32,000 bases of DNA from Rubeoparvulum massiliense (GTDB taxonomy: Bacteria > Bacillota > Bacilli > Rubeoparvulales > Rubeoparvulaceae), in the NCBI RefSeq assembly GCF_001049895.1, contig NZ_CVPE01000006.1:1154836-1186835 (forward strand), in the 5' to 3' direction. Under the pieces are notes generated by a model. That model did not search any database and was not told where the DNA came from. It saw only the letters and a program-made list of their open reading frames with translations. Made by a program: the position numbers and the translations under genes. Within the stretch, counting starts at the first letter, position 1. Every line of letters begins with the position of its first letter. Below, piece after piece: positions 1 through 8,112 of the stretch.

Positions 1-1
1 A

Positions 2-535
2 AGTGTCACCGCGAGAACAGCAGGGTTCAACACCATTCCCATCGAAGCATTGCAAGCTACGTCTCTTTCACTGCTCATCCTCTTGATGTTTATCGGTGCG
101 TCCTCTGGTGGAACGGGAGGTGGAATTAAGACCAATACCTTCGTCGTGCTCTTCTTTGCTGTCCGTAGCTTTATTAAGGGTGAGGAAGAGATTAACTTAT
201 TTGAACGAAGGATTAACTGGCGTTATGTGGTGACAGCTCTTGCTGTTTTTGCTGTCTCTATCGCTGTGATCATTCTGGCAACTAGCATTTTACTATGGAG
301 CGAACAGATAGCCAGCGAGCATTTTCTAAGCCTACTTTTTGAGGTTACTTCTGCCTTCGGCACAGTGGGACTTTCTACGGGAATAACCGCCAACTTAACC
401 TCTATTGGCAAACTCATCATGATTCTTGTGATGTTTACTGGGCGCCTTGGCCCTTTAACACTGGCCTTTGCTTTTACGCAACGTTCTACACCTGCTAAAT
501 TACGTTTCCCAGAAGAGAACATGTTGATTGGTTAA
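2..535 (+). CDS. TrkH/KtrB-family K+ uptake membrane subunit, C-terminal part (5' end outside window)
   Basis: The frame is open from nt 2 (SVTARTAGFNTIPIEAL precedes the first Met of the tracked ORF). TARTAGFNT, GASSGGTGGGIKTNTF and TSAFGTVGLSTG are pore-loop glycine motifs typical of TrkH/KtrB transporters. The protein is hydrophobic throughout. Confidence 0.85.
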   Translation, partial: SVTARTAGFNTIPIEALQATSLSLLILLMFIGASSGGTGGGIKTNTFVVLFFAVRSFIKGEEEINLFERRINWRYVVTALAVFAVSIAVIILATSILLWSEQIASEHFLSLLFEVTSAFGTVGLSTGITANLTSIGKLIMILVMFTGRLGPLTLAFAFTQRSTPAKLRFPEENMLIG

Positions 536-723
536 TCATTTGCTTCAGCATCTCCTTCTTCAGAAGGAAATGCTTGTGTTAAGCGGCCAGAACGTTTTAA
601 TGCATCACGGAGAAGAAATTCAATCTGACCGTTCACACTTCGGAACTCATCCTGTGCCCAGCGCTCTATGGCAGCATATATTTTTGGATCAATCCGAAGT
701 GGAAAGCTCTTTTTCTTCGACAT
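532..723 (-). CDS. Arc/MetJ-type ribbon-helix-helix DNA-binding protein (63 aa)
   Basis: KKKSFPLRIDPKIYAAIERWAQDEFRSVNGQIEFLLRDAL fits the strand-helix-helix pattern of Arc-family RHH proteins. Only 3 nt separate it from the upstream SPFH gene on the same strand, so the two are probably co-transcribed. Confidence 0.7.
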   Translation of the reverse strand: MSKKKSFPLRIDPKIYAAIERWAQDEFRSVNGQIEFLLRDALKRSGRLTQAFPSEEGDAEAND

Positions 724-726
724 GGA

Positions 727-1569
727 TCAATAGAGACTTCCTGTATTTAATACGGGCTGGGCTCCCCGATCAGACACAATCGCAATCATGAGGTTACTCA
801 CCATCTGTGCTTTCCGCTCCTCATCCAATTGGACAACCCCTTCAGACTCTAGCTGCTCAAGGGCATCCTTTACCATTCCCACTGCACCTTCTACGATCTT
901 CTGGCGCGCGGAGATAATGGCAGACGCTTGCTGGCGCTGCAACATGCTGCTAGCAATCTCTGGTGAATAAGCTAAGTGTGTTAAGCGTGCCTCCATCACC
1001 TCTACCCCTGCAACAGCTAAGCGCACTTGTAATTCCTGGGCAAGCTCCTGGGCAATTTCCTCAGCATTGCCTCGCAATGATAAGCCTCCTTCTGTAAAGG
1101 TATCATAAGCATATTTGGTTGCAACATGACGCAGAGCAGTTTCACTTTGAATCTCAACAAAAGCTTCGTAATCATCCACATCAAAGATGGCTTTCGCGCT
1201 ATCTACTACTTTAAAAACAACTACTGCAGCAATCTCAATGGGATTACCATCTACATCATTTACTTTGAGCATTTTACTATTAAAGTTACGAACACGAAGA
1301 GAAACCTTCTTGTGGATAGAGAAAGGCACAGTAATGAAGAGACCACTCTCGCGAATTGTTCCTAAATAACGCCCGAAGAAGATAATGGCGAATGCTTGGT
1401 TTGGTTGGATTACCACAAGACCACTGAAAAGAATCATGGCCAGCACTGTGAGTGGAATAGCCACCCAAAAATTTTCTTGGATAAAGTAATAGACTGCACC
1501 ACCTACTAGACCCAAGGCGATTAGCAAACCTAAGAAACCGTTGACTTTCCACGCTTTTAATTCCTTCAT
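727..1569 (-). CDS. SPFH/band-7 (stomatin/prohibitin-like) membrane protein
   Basis: Two N-terminal hydrophobic helices (FLGLLIALGLVGGAVYYF; VAIPLTVLAMILFSGLVV) are followed by an SPFH-type core (VSLRVRNFNSKMLKVNDVDGNPIEIAAVVVFKVVD, ETALRHVATKY) and a helical tail. Confidence 0.8.
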   Translation of the reverse strand: MKELKAWKVNGFLGLLIALGLVGGAVYYFIQENFWVAIPLTVLAMILFSGLVVIQPNQAFAIIFFGRYLGTIRESGLFITVPFSIHKKVSLRVRNFNSKMLKVNDVDGNPIEIAAVVVFKVVDSAKAIFDVDDYEAFVEIQSETALRHVATKYAYDTFTEGGLSLRGNAEEIAQELAQELQVRLAVAGVEVMEARLTHLAYSPEIASSMLQRQQASAIISARQKIVEGAVGMVKDALEQLESEGVVQLDEERKAQMVSNLMIAIVSDRGAQPVLNTGSLY

Positions 1570-1757
1570 TCTTCTTCCCCCTTTAGCAATTGTTCAAATT
1601 GTATATACATATGATATCACTTTAATTTCATTTTGACAATATTGATATATCATTATGACTTTTAGATAATTCCATATTGTGGTTGAAATCGATGTCTGAT
1701 AAGATGATTAAAATGATGTTTTCCTAATATTCAAACTATTATTAATGGAGGGGTACG

Positions 1758-2261
1758 ATGAAATATAGCGTGGTGATCTTTCCTTCTGAAGAGATTCGAA
1801 GCATGGCAAACTCGTTACGAAAACGTTATGATTCCTATTTTCACCAAATTGAACCCTATGTTACTTTGCTAGATCCCTTTACGCTTACTGATGAAGAACG
1901 TCAATCTTCTAGCTCATTCTTAGAAGCTGTGGCAAAAGATACTGAGGCATTTTCCCTTACCTTTCATAAGGTAGGTACCTTCCACCCTGTTACACCCATC
2001 GTCTATCTTGCCATCCAAGAAAAAGATGCGCTTCATCATCTTCATCAGCGCCTATCCAATGGCCCTATTCAGGTAGAAAGGAAGTACTCCTTTGTCCCAC
2101 ACTTAACGGTTGCCCGTGATTTAGCTGAGGGCGAACTTCTCGATGTCTATGGGCGCTTGCGCTTGCGCTCCTTTCAATTAGCTTGTATAATCAATCAGTT
2201 CCATCTCATTAAACAGACAGCAGATGGCACATGGCAAGTGGATGAGACCTTCTTATTATGA
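1758..2261 (+). CDS. 2H phosphoesterase superfamily protein, YjcG-like
   Basis: The size (167 aa), the N-terminus MKYSVVIFPS...LRKRYD and the second H-x-T motif FVPHLTVAR fit the YjcG / 2'-5' RNA ligase-like family. A GGAGGG RBS lies 5 nt upstream of the ATG. The first motif reads PYVTL rather than PHxTL (see finding). Confidence 0.7.
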   Translation: MKYSVVIFPSEEIRSMANSLRKRYDSYFHQIEPYVTLLDPFTLTDEERQSSSSFLEAVAKDTEAFSLTFHKVGTFHPVTPIVYLAIQEKDALHHLHQRLSNGPIQVERKYSFVPHLTVARDLAEGELLDVYGRLRLRSFQLACIINQFHLIKQTADGTWQVDETFLL

Positions 2262-2282
2262 TGAAAAGAGCGAGCGAATACC

Positions 2283-2960
2283 ATGCATATTCCTAAGATA
2301 TGGGTGCAGTCACTCCTGATCTTCAGCTTTCTATTCATGCTAATTCTCCTTCCAGGCTGTGCGGAAATTGAAGGCGTAGTAGATATGAATTGGCAGGGAA
2401 AAGGAACCTTTCAACTCAATATGAGCTATCCAGATTATCTCCATAAGCAGATAAGGTCACTGCTAACAGATCTCACACCAACCTTAGAATCAAGAGGCTA
2501 TCAGATCGAATTCTCACCAATGGACCTAGGGGAACACTCTTTCCGGTTAAGCACCCCGCTTCCCTTTCAACAGAAGAACCTTGGATTCCCTGAGAATTGG
2601 CTGCCCCAGATTAGCATTGAGGAGAAAGAACATTGGTGGACAAAAGAATACCTTATTTCTGCAAACTTTGACTGGAGTCAATGGAATGGACAGGATTTTG
2701 CTTCGAATATCACTAGCCAGCTAAGCAAGCTAGTGAAGCCCCGTTTTGTTTTGAAACTACCCATTTCAGCAAGTGCAAGTAATGCAACTCGTGTGGAAAA
2801 GGGTGGAAAACGGTTAAGCTGGGATCTCTCACTGACCAAGCCTAATCAGCTAGAGGTTCAAATCCGTGTCCCCCACCCTTTTCACATTCTCCTAAGTAGC
2901 GGTGCAATTTTCCTTTTAATTACACTTTACTTGGGGTGGAGAAGATTGCGCCATCGATAA
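2283..2960 (+). CDS. Putative lipoprotein with C-terminal membrane anchor
   Basis: Signal peptide with lipobox LLPGC (FLFMLILLPGCAE). C-terminal hydrophobic helix ILLSSGAIFLLITLYLGW is followed by RRLRHR. I recognised no catalytic motif. Confidence 0.6.
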   Translation: MHIPKIWVQSLLIFSFLFMLILLPGCAEIEGVVDMNWQGKGTFQLNMSYPDYLHKQIRSLLTDLTPTLESRGYQIEFSPMDLGEHSFRLSTPLPFQQKNLGFPENWLPQISIEEKEHWWTKEYLISANFDWSQWNGQDFASNITSQLSKLVKPRFVLKLPISASASNATRVEKGGKRLSWDLSLTKPNQLEVQIRVPHPFHILLSSGAIFLLITLYLGWRRLRHR

Positions 2961-2963
2961 AAA

Positions 2964-2999
2964 AAGACGAAGGCACAGCTTCGCTCTCGCCTTCGTCTT
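2964..2999. terminator. Bidirectional intrinsic terminator between convergent genes
   Basis: Perfect 11-bp stem aagacgaaggc (2964-2974) / gccttcgtctt (2989-2999) with a 14-nt loop. An A-run precedes it (serving the minus-strand PHP gene) and a T-rich tail follows. Confidence 0.6.
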
Positions 3000-3001
3000 C
3001 A

Positions 3002-3856
3002 TTATTTCTCGAATGTTTTTCGCTCTCTAGCCAATGCTTGAATCTGCTCTACAACCGTCTCATCGATCTTCTTGCTTCCAATGTCCCCATGGAAGACTTC
3101 CCCATGACGTTCACCATGAAAATCAGAGCCTGCTGTCGTCAACAATCCATACTCTTCGGCTAGCTGTAGGTACTCTGTTTCGGTGCTTCGATTATGATCA
3201 CTATGCCAGATCTCAATGCCATCGAGACCTGCTTCCACCAAGCGTGGGATTAGCTCAGGCTTACCGTAGAGTCCCGGATGAGCAAGCACTGCTACACCAC
3301 CAGCAGCATGGATCATCTGAATTGCTTCCTCAGGTCGAATTCTTGGCGGAGTTACATAAGCCTTTCCACCCACTCCTAGATACTCTTTAAAAGCCTGGGG
3401 CATGGATGAAACAATCCCTTTCTCAATTAAGAGCTGAGCCATATGAGGCCTGCCAATATTGGAACTAGATCCCTTCTGTGCCACAACCTCTTCCAGGGTG
3501 ATGGATATTCCTAATTCCTGCAATCTTGCAATCATCATTTCGTTTCGGCGATCCCGGACATGTTGCAGTTCCTCACATTTCTTTAAGAAATCCTGGTTAT
3601 GAATATCCATCTCATAACCAAGAACATGAATGTCCTTTCCATCATCTAGGGTGGAGATCTCAATGCCCTTCACTACTTCCACACCAATTTCTATGCCAGT
3701 CTGTTCTGCTTCAGATAATCCTGCTACTGTATCATGATCAGTTAAGGCAATGCCACTCAGTCCATTGGCTCCTGCTCGTTTAACAACCTCACTAGGGGAG
3801 AGAACACCATCGGAAGCGGTGGAATGTGTGTGAAGATCATAATGCTTCATAGGCAA
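3002..3856 (-). CDS. PHP-domain metal-dependent phosphoesterase (TrpH/YciV-like)
   Basis: N-terminal YDLHTHSTASDG motif, later LAHPG and GSDFHG His/Asp clusters typical of PHP domains. AAGGAGG RBS lies 6 nt upstream of the ATG. Confidence 0.85.
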   Translation of the reverse strand: MPMKHYDLHTHSTASDGVLSPSEVVKRAGANGLSGIALTDHDTVAGLSEAEQTGIEIGVEVVKGIEISTLDDGKDIHVLGYEMDIHNQDFLKKCEELQHVRDRRNEMMIARLQELGISITLEEVVAQKGSSSNIGRPHMAQLLIEKGIVSSMPQAFKEYLGVGGKAYVTPPRIRPEEAIQMIHAAGGVAVLAHPGLYGKPELIPRLVEAGLDGIEIWHSDHNRSTETEYLQLAEEYGLLTTAGSDFHGERHGEVFHGDIGSKKIDETVVEQIQALARERKTFEK

Positions 3857-3952
3857 CCTCCTTATTAATTTTAAAGGTGAGACGTCATCTGCTCAATCAA
3901 GCATGATTTGTCTCACCTTTAGTATAGCGTATGATTTAGGTCATATTAAAGT

Positions 3953-4729
3953 TTAATATGCAACGATGTGAAAACCGCCATCCACGTGGAGAACTTCTCC
4001 AGTAATTCCTCGTGCCCAATCACTGAGTAAGAAAAGTGCAGAATCTCCTACTTCCTCTTGTGTAACAGAACGACGAAGTGGCGCCTTCTCTTCCATCACA
4101 TGTAGAATCGAATTGAAATCGCCTACCCCTTTCGCAGCTAGCGTGCGAATTGGACCTGCAGAGATGGCGTTAACACGGATACCTTCTTTACCTAGATCAT
4201 TCGCTAGATATCGTACCGTCTGATCTAGGGCTGCCTTAGCAACTCCCATCATATTGTAATTCTGAACAACACGCTCACCGCCGAGATAAGTCATGGTAAG
4301 AATGCTGCCACCTTCTGTCATGAGAGGGCGTGCTGCACGAGTAACCGCGATTAATGAGTAGGTACTAATATCTTGGGCTAAAGCAAAACCATCTCTGGAT
4401 GTATTCACAAACTCTCCTTTTAGATCCTCCTGCTTTGCAAATGCGATACAGTGTACCACGCCATGTAGAACACCCACTTCTGCTTGCAAGGTATTAAATA
4501 AGGCTTGGATATCTTCATCATTGGTTACATCGCATGGGAGTACGAGAGGTTGTTTCTCTTGTTGAAGTGTAGTTGCTAGCTCTTCTACCCGCGGCTTCGT
4601 CTTCTCACCTTGAAAGGTAAAATGTAGTTCAGCTCCTTCTCTTGCTAATGATTGGGCAATCCCCCATGCAATACTTCGATGATTAGCTACACCCATGACT
4701 AAGATTTTTTTCCCAGATAGCAATGACAT
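3953..4729 (-). CDS. fabI: Enoyl-[acyl-carrier-protein] reductase (NADH), FabI
   Basis: 258 aa. LSGKKILVMGVANHRSIAWGIA glycine-rich NAD site, a Y-x6-K catalytic pair in TYLGGERVVQNYNMMGVAKAALD, and ISAGPIRTLAA. Classic FabI signature. Confidence 0.9.
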   Translation of the reverse strand: MSLLSGKKILVMGVANHRSIAWGIAQSLAREGAELHFTFQGEKTKPRVEELATTLQQEKQPLVLPCDVTNDEDIQALFNTLQAEVGVLHGVVHCIAFAKQEDLKGEFVNTSRDGFALAQDISTYSLIAVTRAARPLMTEGGSILTMTYLGGERVVQNYNMMGVAKAALDQTVRYLANDLGKEGIRVNAISAGPIRTLAAKGVGDFNSILHVMEEKAPLRRSVTQEEVGDSALFLLSDWARGITGEVLHVDGGFHIVAY

Positions 4730-4744
4730 TTTTATCTCCTCCTA

Positions 4745-4761
4745 TTAGTACCTGATACTAA
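4745..4761 (-). promoter_or_regulatory. Candidate FapR operator in the fabI promoter/5' region
   Basis: 17-bp imperfect palindrome TTAGTACCTGATACTAA (half-sites TTAGTAcC / TTAGTAtC) 16 nt upstream of the fabI ATG. It lies just downstream of a TGgTATACT extended -10 on the minus strand (plus-strand agtata at 4774-4779). It matches the TTAGTACC-type FapR box as I remember it; fabI belongs to the B. subtilis fap regulon. Confidence 0.6.
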
Positions 4762-4817
4762 TAATCTGCAAAAAGTATACCACAATCCTCATCACTTGGG
4801 AAGGGAGTGTGGTAATA

Positions 4818-5030
4818 TCACGAATTTCGCTGCTCAGCATCCATCTCATTGTAAAAAGTAGAAATGATCATTAACTCACGAACAATTTGGTCTCGCATTG
4901 AACCATCCGCTGAGGGATTGGCTAGTTCTTTCACACATCGATGTAATGAACGACGTAATTCTTCATGGCTAGGTATCTGTTTCGAGGATAATCCACCATT
5001 CATGTCCATCGTACCTTCCCCCATCAGCAT
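4818..5030 (-). CDS. Small hypothetical protein (70 aa)
   Basis: Stand-alone ORF in an otherwise non-coding gap with host-like codon composition. No recognisable motif. Confidence 0.4.
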   Translation of the reverse strand: MLMGEGTMDMNGGLSSKQIPSHEELRRSLHRCVKELANPSADGSMRDQIVRELMIISTFYNEMDAEQRNS

Positions 5031-5181
5031 AGATTAAAGATTAATGAAAACCTTATAGTACTATTGTAGTAAACCTATGGATGAATTTCCATACTATAAT
5101 CACATCTTATGCAAAAATAGGTAAAAAGGCATAAATATATAGGTTTTCTCTTTTTATCCTATTATTTATGGAATACTACAA

Positions 5182-5994
5182 TCAAGATTTTAGCCAATAA
5201 TTGATCAATTCCATCGCTTTCTCCAGTTTTTCTCGTTCCTGAAAAGAAGGTAATTCAATTTGCAGACAAGCCTCCTCTTCTCGCCCCTTTTCCTTGCTAA
5301 ATAGGGCAAAGCTATAGGTGAATTCACCTTGAATAAGCGAGGAAGGTAAAGTCAAATTCATCAAGAGATGAGCTCCTTCTGCTTTCAGCTGTTGAAATAG
5401 CGAGCTCTGAAAAAATGACTGCGGCATGACGCAGAGCATTTTTCCATCAGTTGTAAGATGGCTCCATGCCTGGATAATCCGCTCTTCTGCTTGTTCCAAC
5501 TGAGGAGGAAGCTCTGTCACGATCAGATTAACCGGAGAAAGCGCGTGCTTCTGCAGCTTCCCTTCAAATAGCTGAATGGGCTTGCCTAACATTGCGAATA
5601 GCGTTTTAGCATAGCGATGGAGAGTATGATCCTCCTCTACACCTAGCCACTCTACCTTCTCCACCGTAGCTTGATTAAGACAGGCTGCTAATAAATTACC
5701 TGTTCCCATGGCTGGATCAAGCACCTTTTCATGGGGCTTAAGCAATTGCTGCACAAGATATCCAGCAAACATCGCAATTACATCTGGCGTCATGGAGTCT
5801 GTATGATGGAAGCCTTTTAGGTAAACCATCTGCACAGCTCTTCGAATCTCCTCTTGACGATAAATTGTTTGAATCTGTTCAAGTTCCTCCATTTCCGCCA
5901 TGTGAGCCATGGCATACTGATAATTCTCTTGTGATGAACACCACGCATCCAATTGATAGAATAATGCTTCAAATCGTTCCTGCTCCGTTGCCAT
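5182..5994 (-). CDS. Class I SAM-dependent methyltransferase, N6-DNA-methylase-like (YtxK-like)
   Basis: SAM-binding motif I VLDPAMGTGNLL and an NLIVTELPP motif-IV-like segment. Its start overlaps the surE stop by 1 nt (TAATG). Confidence 0.65.
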   Translation of the reverse strand: MATEQERFEALFYQLDAWCSSQENYQYAMAHMAEMEELEQIQTIYRQEEIRRAVQMVYLKGFHHTDSMTPDVIAMFAGYLVQQLLKPHEKVLDPAMGTGNLLAACLNQATVEKVEWLGVEEDHTLHRYAKTLFAMLGKPIQLFEGKLQKHALSPVNLIVTELPPQLEQAEERIIQAWSHLTTDGKMLCVMPQSFFQSSLFQQLKAEGAHLLMNLTLPSSLIQGEFTYSFALFSKEKGREEEACLQIELPSFQEREKLEKAMELINYWLKS

Positions 5995-6782
5995 TATTTC
6001 TCCGTCCCTTCACGTCCATCAAATTCTATCTTCCATGAATTCATCTGCTGAAGTAAGCTATGATCCGCAGTATCAATCTGAATTGGCGTAATGGTAATAT
6101 ATCCATTCATGAGCAGATGATAATCATCCTGTAGAGGATGGATTCGACCATACTCCCGTTCCAACCAATATCCTGATTTCATATCATCGATCTGCTGAAG
6201 ACGATCCTCATAAAAATCCCATGCTAATGGCGCTGGAATCATACCTTTTACATGATGGTTCTTAAGATTAGGTAAATTGATATTGAGCAATGTACCTTGC
6301 GGGATGACAGTTGCCTCAATTTGCTGAAAAACAGACTGAAGCAGCTGGTTCACACCAGAAAAGTCCTCAGGAGTAAAGTGATTGTCATAGGAGAGAGCAA
6401 TACCAGGCACGCCAAGAATAACACCTTCTCTTGCCCCGCTAACCGTGCCAGAATAATATACATCCTTACCAAGATTGGTGCCTGCATTGATTCCTGAAAT
6501 AACAAGGTGTACCTCTCGTTCACAGAGGAGATGATACCCCACCTTAATACAGTCAGCAGGAGTTCCTTGAACTGCCCATGCTTTCACTGGCAGACCTTCC
6601 AGTACATACTCCTCTACATGCAATGGACTACGCACAGTAATACCGTGTCCTACAGCACTACGTTCATTAGCCGGTGCCACTACATACAGTTCATAAGTGG
6701 GTTGATATTGTAATAATGCCTCTACCAAGACACGTATTCCTGGAGCTTGAATACCATCATCATTGGTCACTAACACACGCAT
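5994..6782 (-). CDS. surE: 5'/3'-nucleotidase SurE
   Basis: MRVLVTNDDGIQAPGI N-terminus plus SGINAGTNLG and YSGTVSGAREG motifs. I prefer the ATG at 6780-6782, preceded by GGAGGTG, over the tracked upstream ATG at 6815. Confidence 0.9.
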   Translation of the reverse strand: MRVLVTNDDGIQAPGIRVLVEALLQYQPTYELYVVAPANERSAVGHGITVRSPLHVEEYVLEGLPVKAWAVQGTPADCIKVGYHLLCEREVHLVISGINAGTNLGKDVYYSGTVSGAREGVILGVPGIALSYDNHFTPEDFSGVNQLLQSVFQQIEATVIPQGTLLNINLPNLKNHHVKGMIPAPLAWDFYEDRLQQIDDMKSGYWLEREYGRIHPLQDDYHLLMNGYITITPIQIDTADHSLLQQMNSWKIEFDGREGTEK

Positions 6783-6841
6783 GAAAACACCTCCGTCAGA
6801 CAAGATCCATACCATCTTACCATGTTTTCATTCGATTACAA

Positions 6842-6883
6842 AAGCATAGAAAAGCCATCCTTCGCTGATTATCAAGGATGGCT
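6842..6883 (-). terminator. Intrinsic terminator downstream of ytfJ
   Basis: Perfect 10-bp stem agccatcctt (6853-6862) / aaggatggct (6874-6883). On the minus strand it is followed by tttctatgcttt. Confidence 0.55.
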
Positions 6884-6941
6884 GAAAACTTGATACTAAA
6901 CCGATGTAAAATAGTCGCGAGAATGAACGAGGTCTTGCTCT

Positions 6942-7382
6942 CTACTGGTCCGAACTGCGAGAGCTGTCATCCCGTCCGTTCTTCATCTCATCTTTGGGCT
7001 CAGAGGTAAACATACGTTGTAACTGCTCAAGTAATTTAGGTGCACGATCCAACAGTGTTTCATAGAGTTGATTGGGGGTTTCTAATGAGATGGAACGGAT
7101 CTCTTCCGGACTAATGACAAGGAAAGCCACAGGGGTTATTGAGACGCCTCCACCTGCCCCTCCTCCAAATGGGAGCTGTGCGTTCTCACCTTGTCCATTA
7201 CTACCATGACGAGTCTGGAATTGGCTTCCTCCAGCTGCAAAGCCAAACCCCACCTTTGAGACAGGAATAATAAAGGAACCATCTGCCTCAACAGGATCGC
7301 CAATTATGGTATTCACATCCACCATCTCTTTAATATTCTCCATAGCTTCCTTCATCAAGCCTTGGATTGGATGTTCTGCCAT
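6942..7382 (-). CDS. ytfJ: Sporulation protein YtfJ (GerW family)
   Basis: IIGDPVEADGSFIIPVSKVGFGFAAGG and PFGGGAGGGVSITPVAFLVI are characteristic of YtfJ/GerW. It overlaps the upstream ytfI-like gene. Confidence 0.8.
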   Translation of the reverse strand: MAEHPIQGLMKEAMENIKEMVDVNTIIGDPVEADGSFIIPVSKVGFGFAAGGSQFQTRHGSNGQGENAQLPFGGGAGGGVSITPVAFLVISPEEIRSISLETPNQLYETLLDRAPKLLEQLQRMFTSEPKDEMKNGRDDSSRSSDQ

Positions 7383-8023
7383 TTACGTTCACGCCCTTTT
7401 CTCAAACTTTTCAATGCACCAATGGCTACAAAGGTAGCTTTTCCTACAGAGATTTGAAGTATGCATTCTCCTTCAGTATGGAATAGTGGTTCAGAAAAAT
7501 GGGCTCGAACATCATAACGAGGTTGTGTATCCATCGTGAGGTACTGTGAAATAACGGTGATAACCAGCGCCTTAATGTTCCAGATAAAGCCTGTTATCGT
7601 TCCCGTCTCTGCTGCTTCACCCGTTCCAACACTAGTACGCCAATCCAATTTTTTTATATAAATGATCCGTAAAAGACGGCGGAAATAGGGGATGACATCA
7701 CGGTATTGATCGACAAGCTCCTTCCAGTTACGCCAATTTTTCTTGACTTCTGGGGGAGTAATCATCGTACTGGAGGAACCATTTTCAGAATTTTGTTCAT
7801 GAACCGTATCAAAATGAAGTGAAAATCCGCTTAGCGTATCCTCTAGCGTAAGTATGGGAATCTCCTTTTGAATACGAATCAAACCAAATAATGCTTTGAG
7901 TTTAATGATAATCATGTCATTTTTCCCATCGCGACGCCAACGAATGGAAATCCTGATGTTAGAAATGAAAATGATCAATAAGATAAAAAGAAAACTGATA
8001 ATCATGAATCGTACCCAGTCCAT
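7355..8023 (-). CDS. ytfI: YtfI-like (DUF2953) sporulation-associated membrane protein
   Basis: N-terminal TM helix (FMIISFLFILLIIFI), a size and position immediately upstream of ytfJ that match B. subtilis ytfI-ytfJ, and a 28-bp overlap with ytfJ. Confidence 0.65.
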   Translation of the reverse strand: MDWVRFMIISFLFILLIIFISNIRISIRWRRDGKNDMIIIKLKALFGLIRIQKEIPILTLEDTLSGFSLHFDTVHEQNSENGSSSTMITPPEVKKNWRNWKELVDQYRDVIPYFRRLLRIIYIKKLDWRTSVGTGEAAETGTITGFIWNIKALVITVISQYLTMDTQPRYDVRAHFSEPLFHTEGECILQISVGKATFVAIGALKSLRKGRERKWQNIQSKA

Positions 8024-8112
8024 GTTGTCACCTCAACATGTAGTATGATTCATTATCACCAGTTTTAACCAAACAATCTTTAGCTTGATTCTAGTCAATC
8101 CTCAAGTAAATC

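Noticed and set aside
223-522. 99-aa ORF antisense to the K+ transporter gene. Similar tracked antisense or alternate-frame ORFs occur at 528-791, 788-970, 1126-1365, 1187-1369, 1286-1552, 2936-3163, 3034-3390, 3526-3783, 6297-6497, 6507-6713, 8627-8827, 9733-9918, 10679-10876, 12064-12255, 12101-12403, 12481-12753, 12845-13054, 13199-13432, 14278-14478, 14830-15147, 15622-15804, 16298-16495, 17199-17459, 17618-17938, 18113-18310, 18435-18656, 18552-18752, 18916-19263, 19830-20090, 20167-20481 and 20698-20898.
   Set aside because: Each lies inside or against a longer ORF with clear family signatures on the other strand or frame. They have odd composition (Arg/Ser/Cys/His-rich, low complexity) and lack RBS signals. 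They are shadow ORFs.
3873-3920. 11-bp perfect stem aaaggtgagac/gtctcaccttt with a 26-nt loop between fabI and the PHP gene, considered as the fabI terminator.
   Set aside because: The loop is large and there is only a 3-nt T stretch after the stem on the minus strand. It is a plausible attenuating structure but too weak to call with confidence.
8024-8112. Possible forespore sigma-G/F promoter upstream of ytfI (CATACTA -10-like element on the minus strand).
   Set aside because: I could find no matching -35 element (GnATR / TGCATA-type) at the proper spacing. A -10-like heptamer alone is insufficient.
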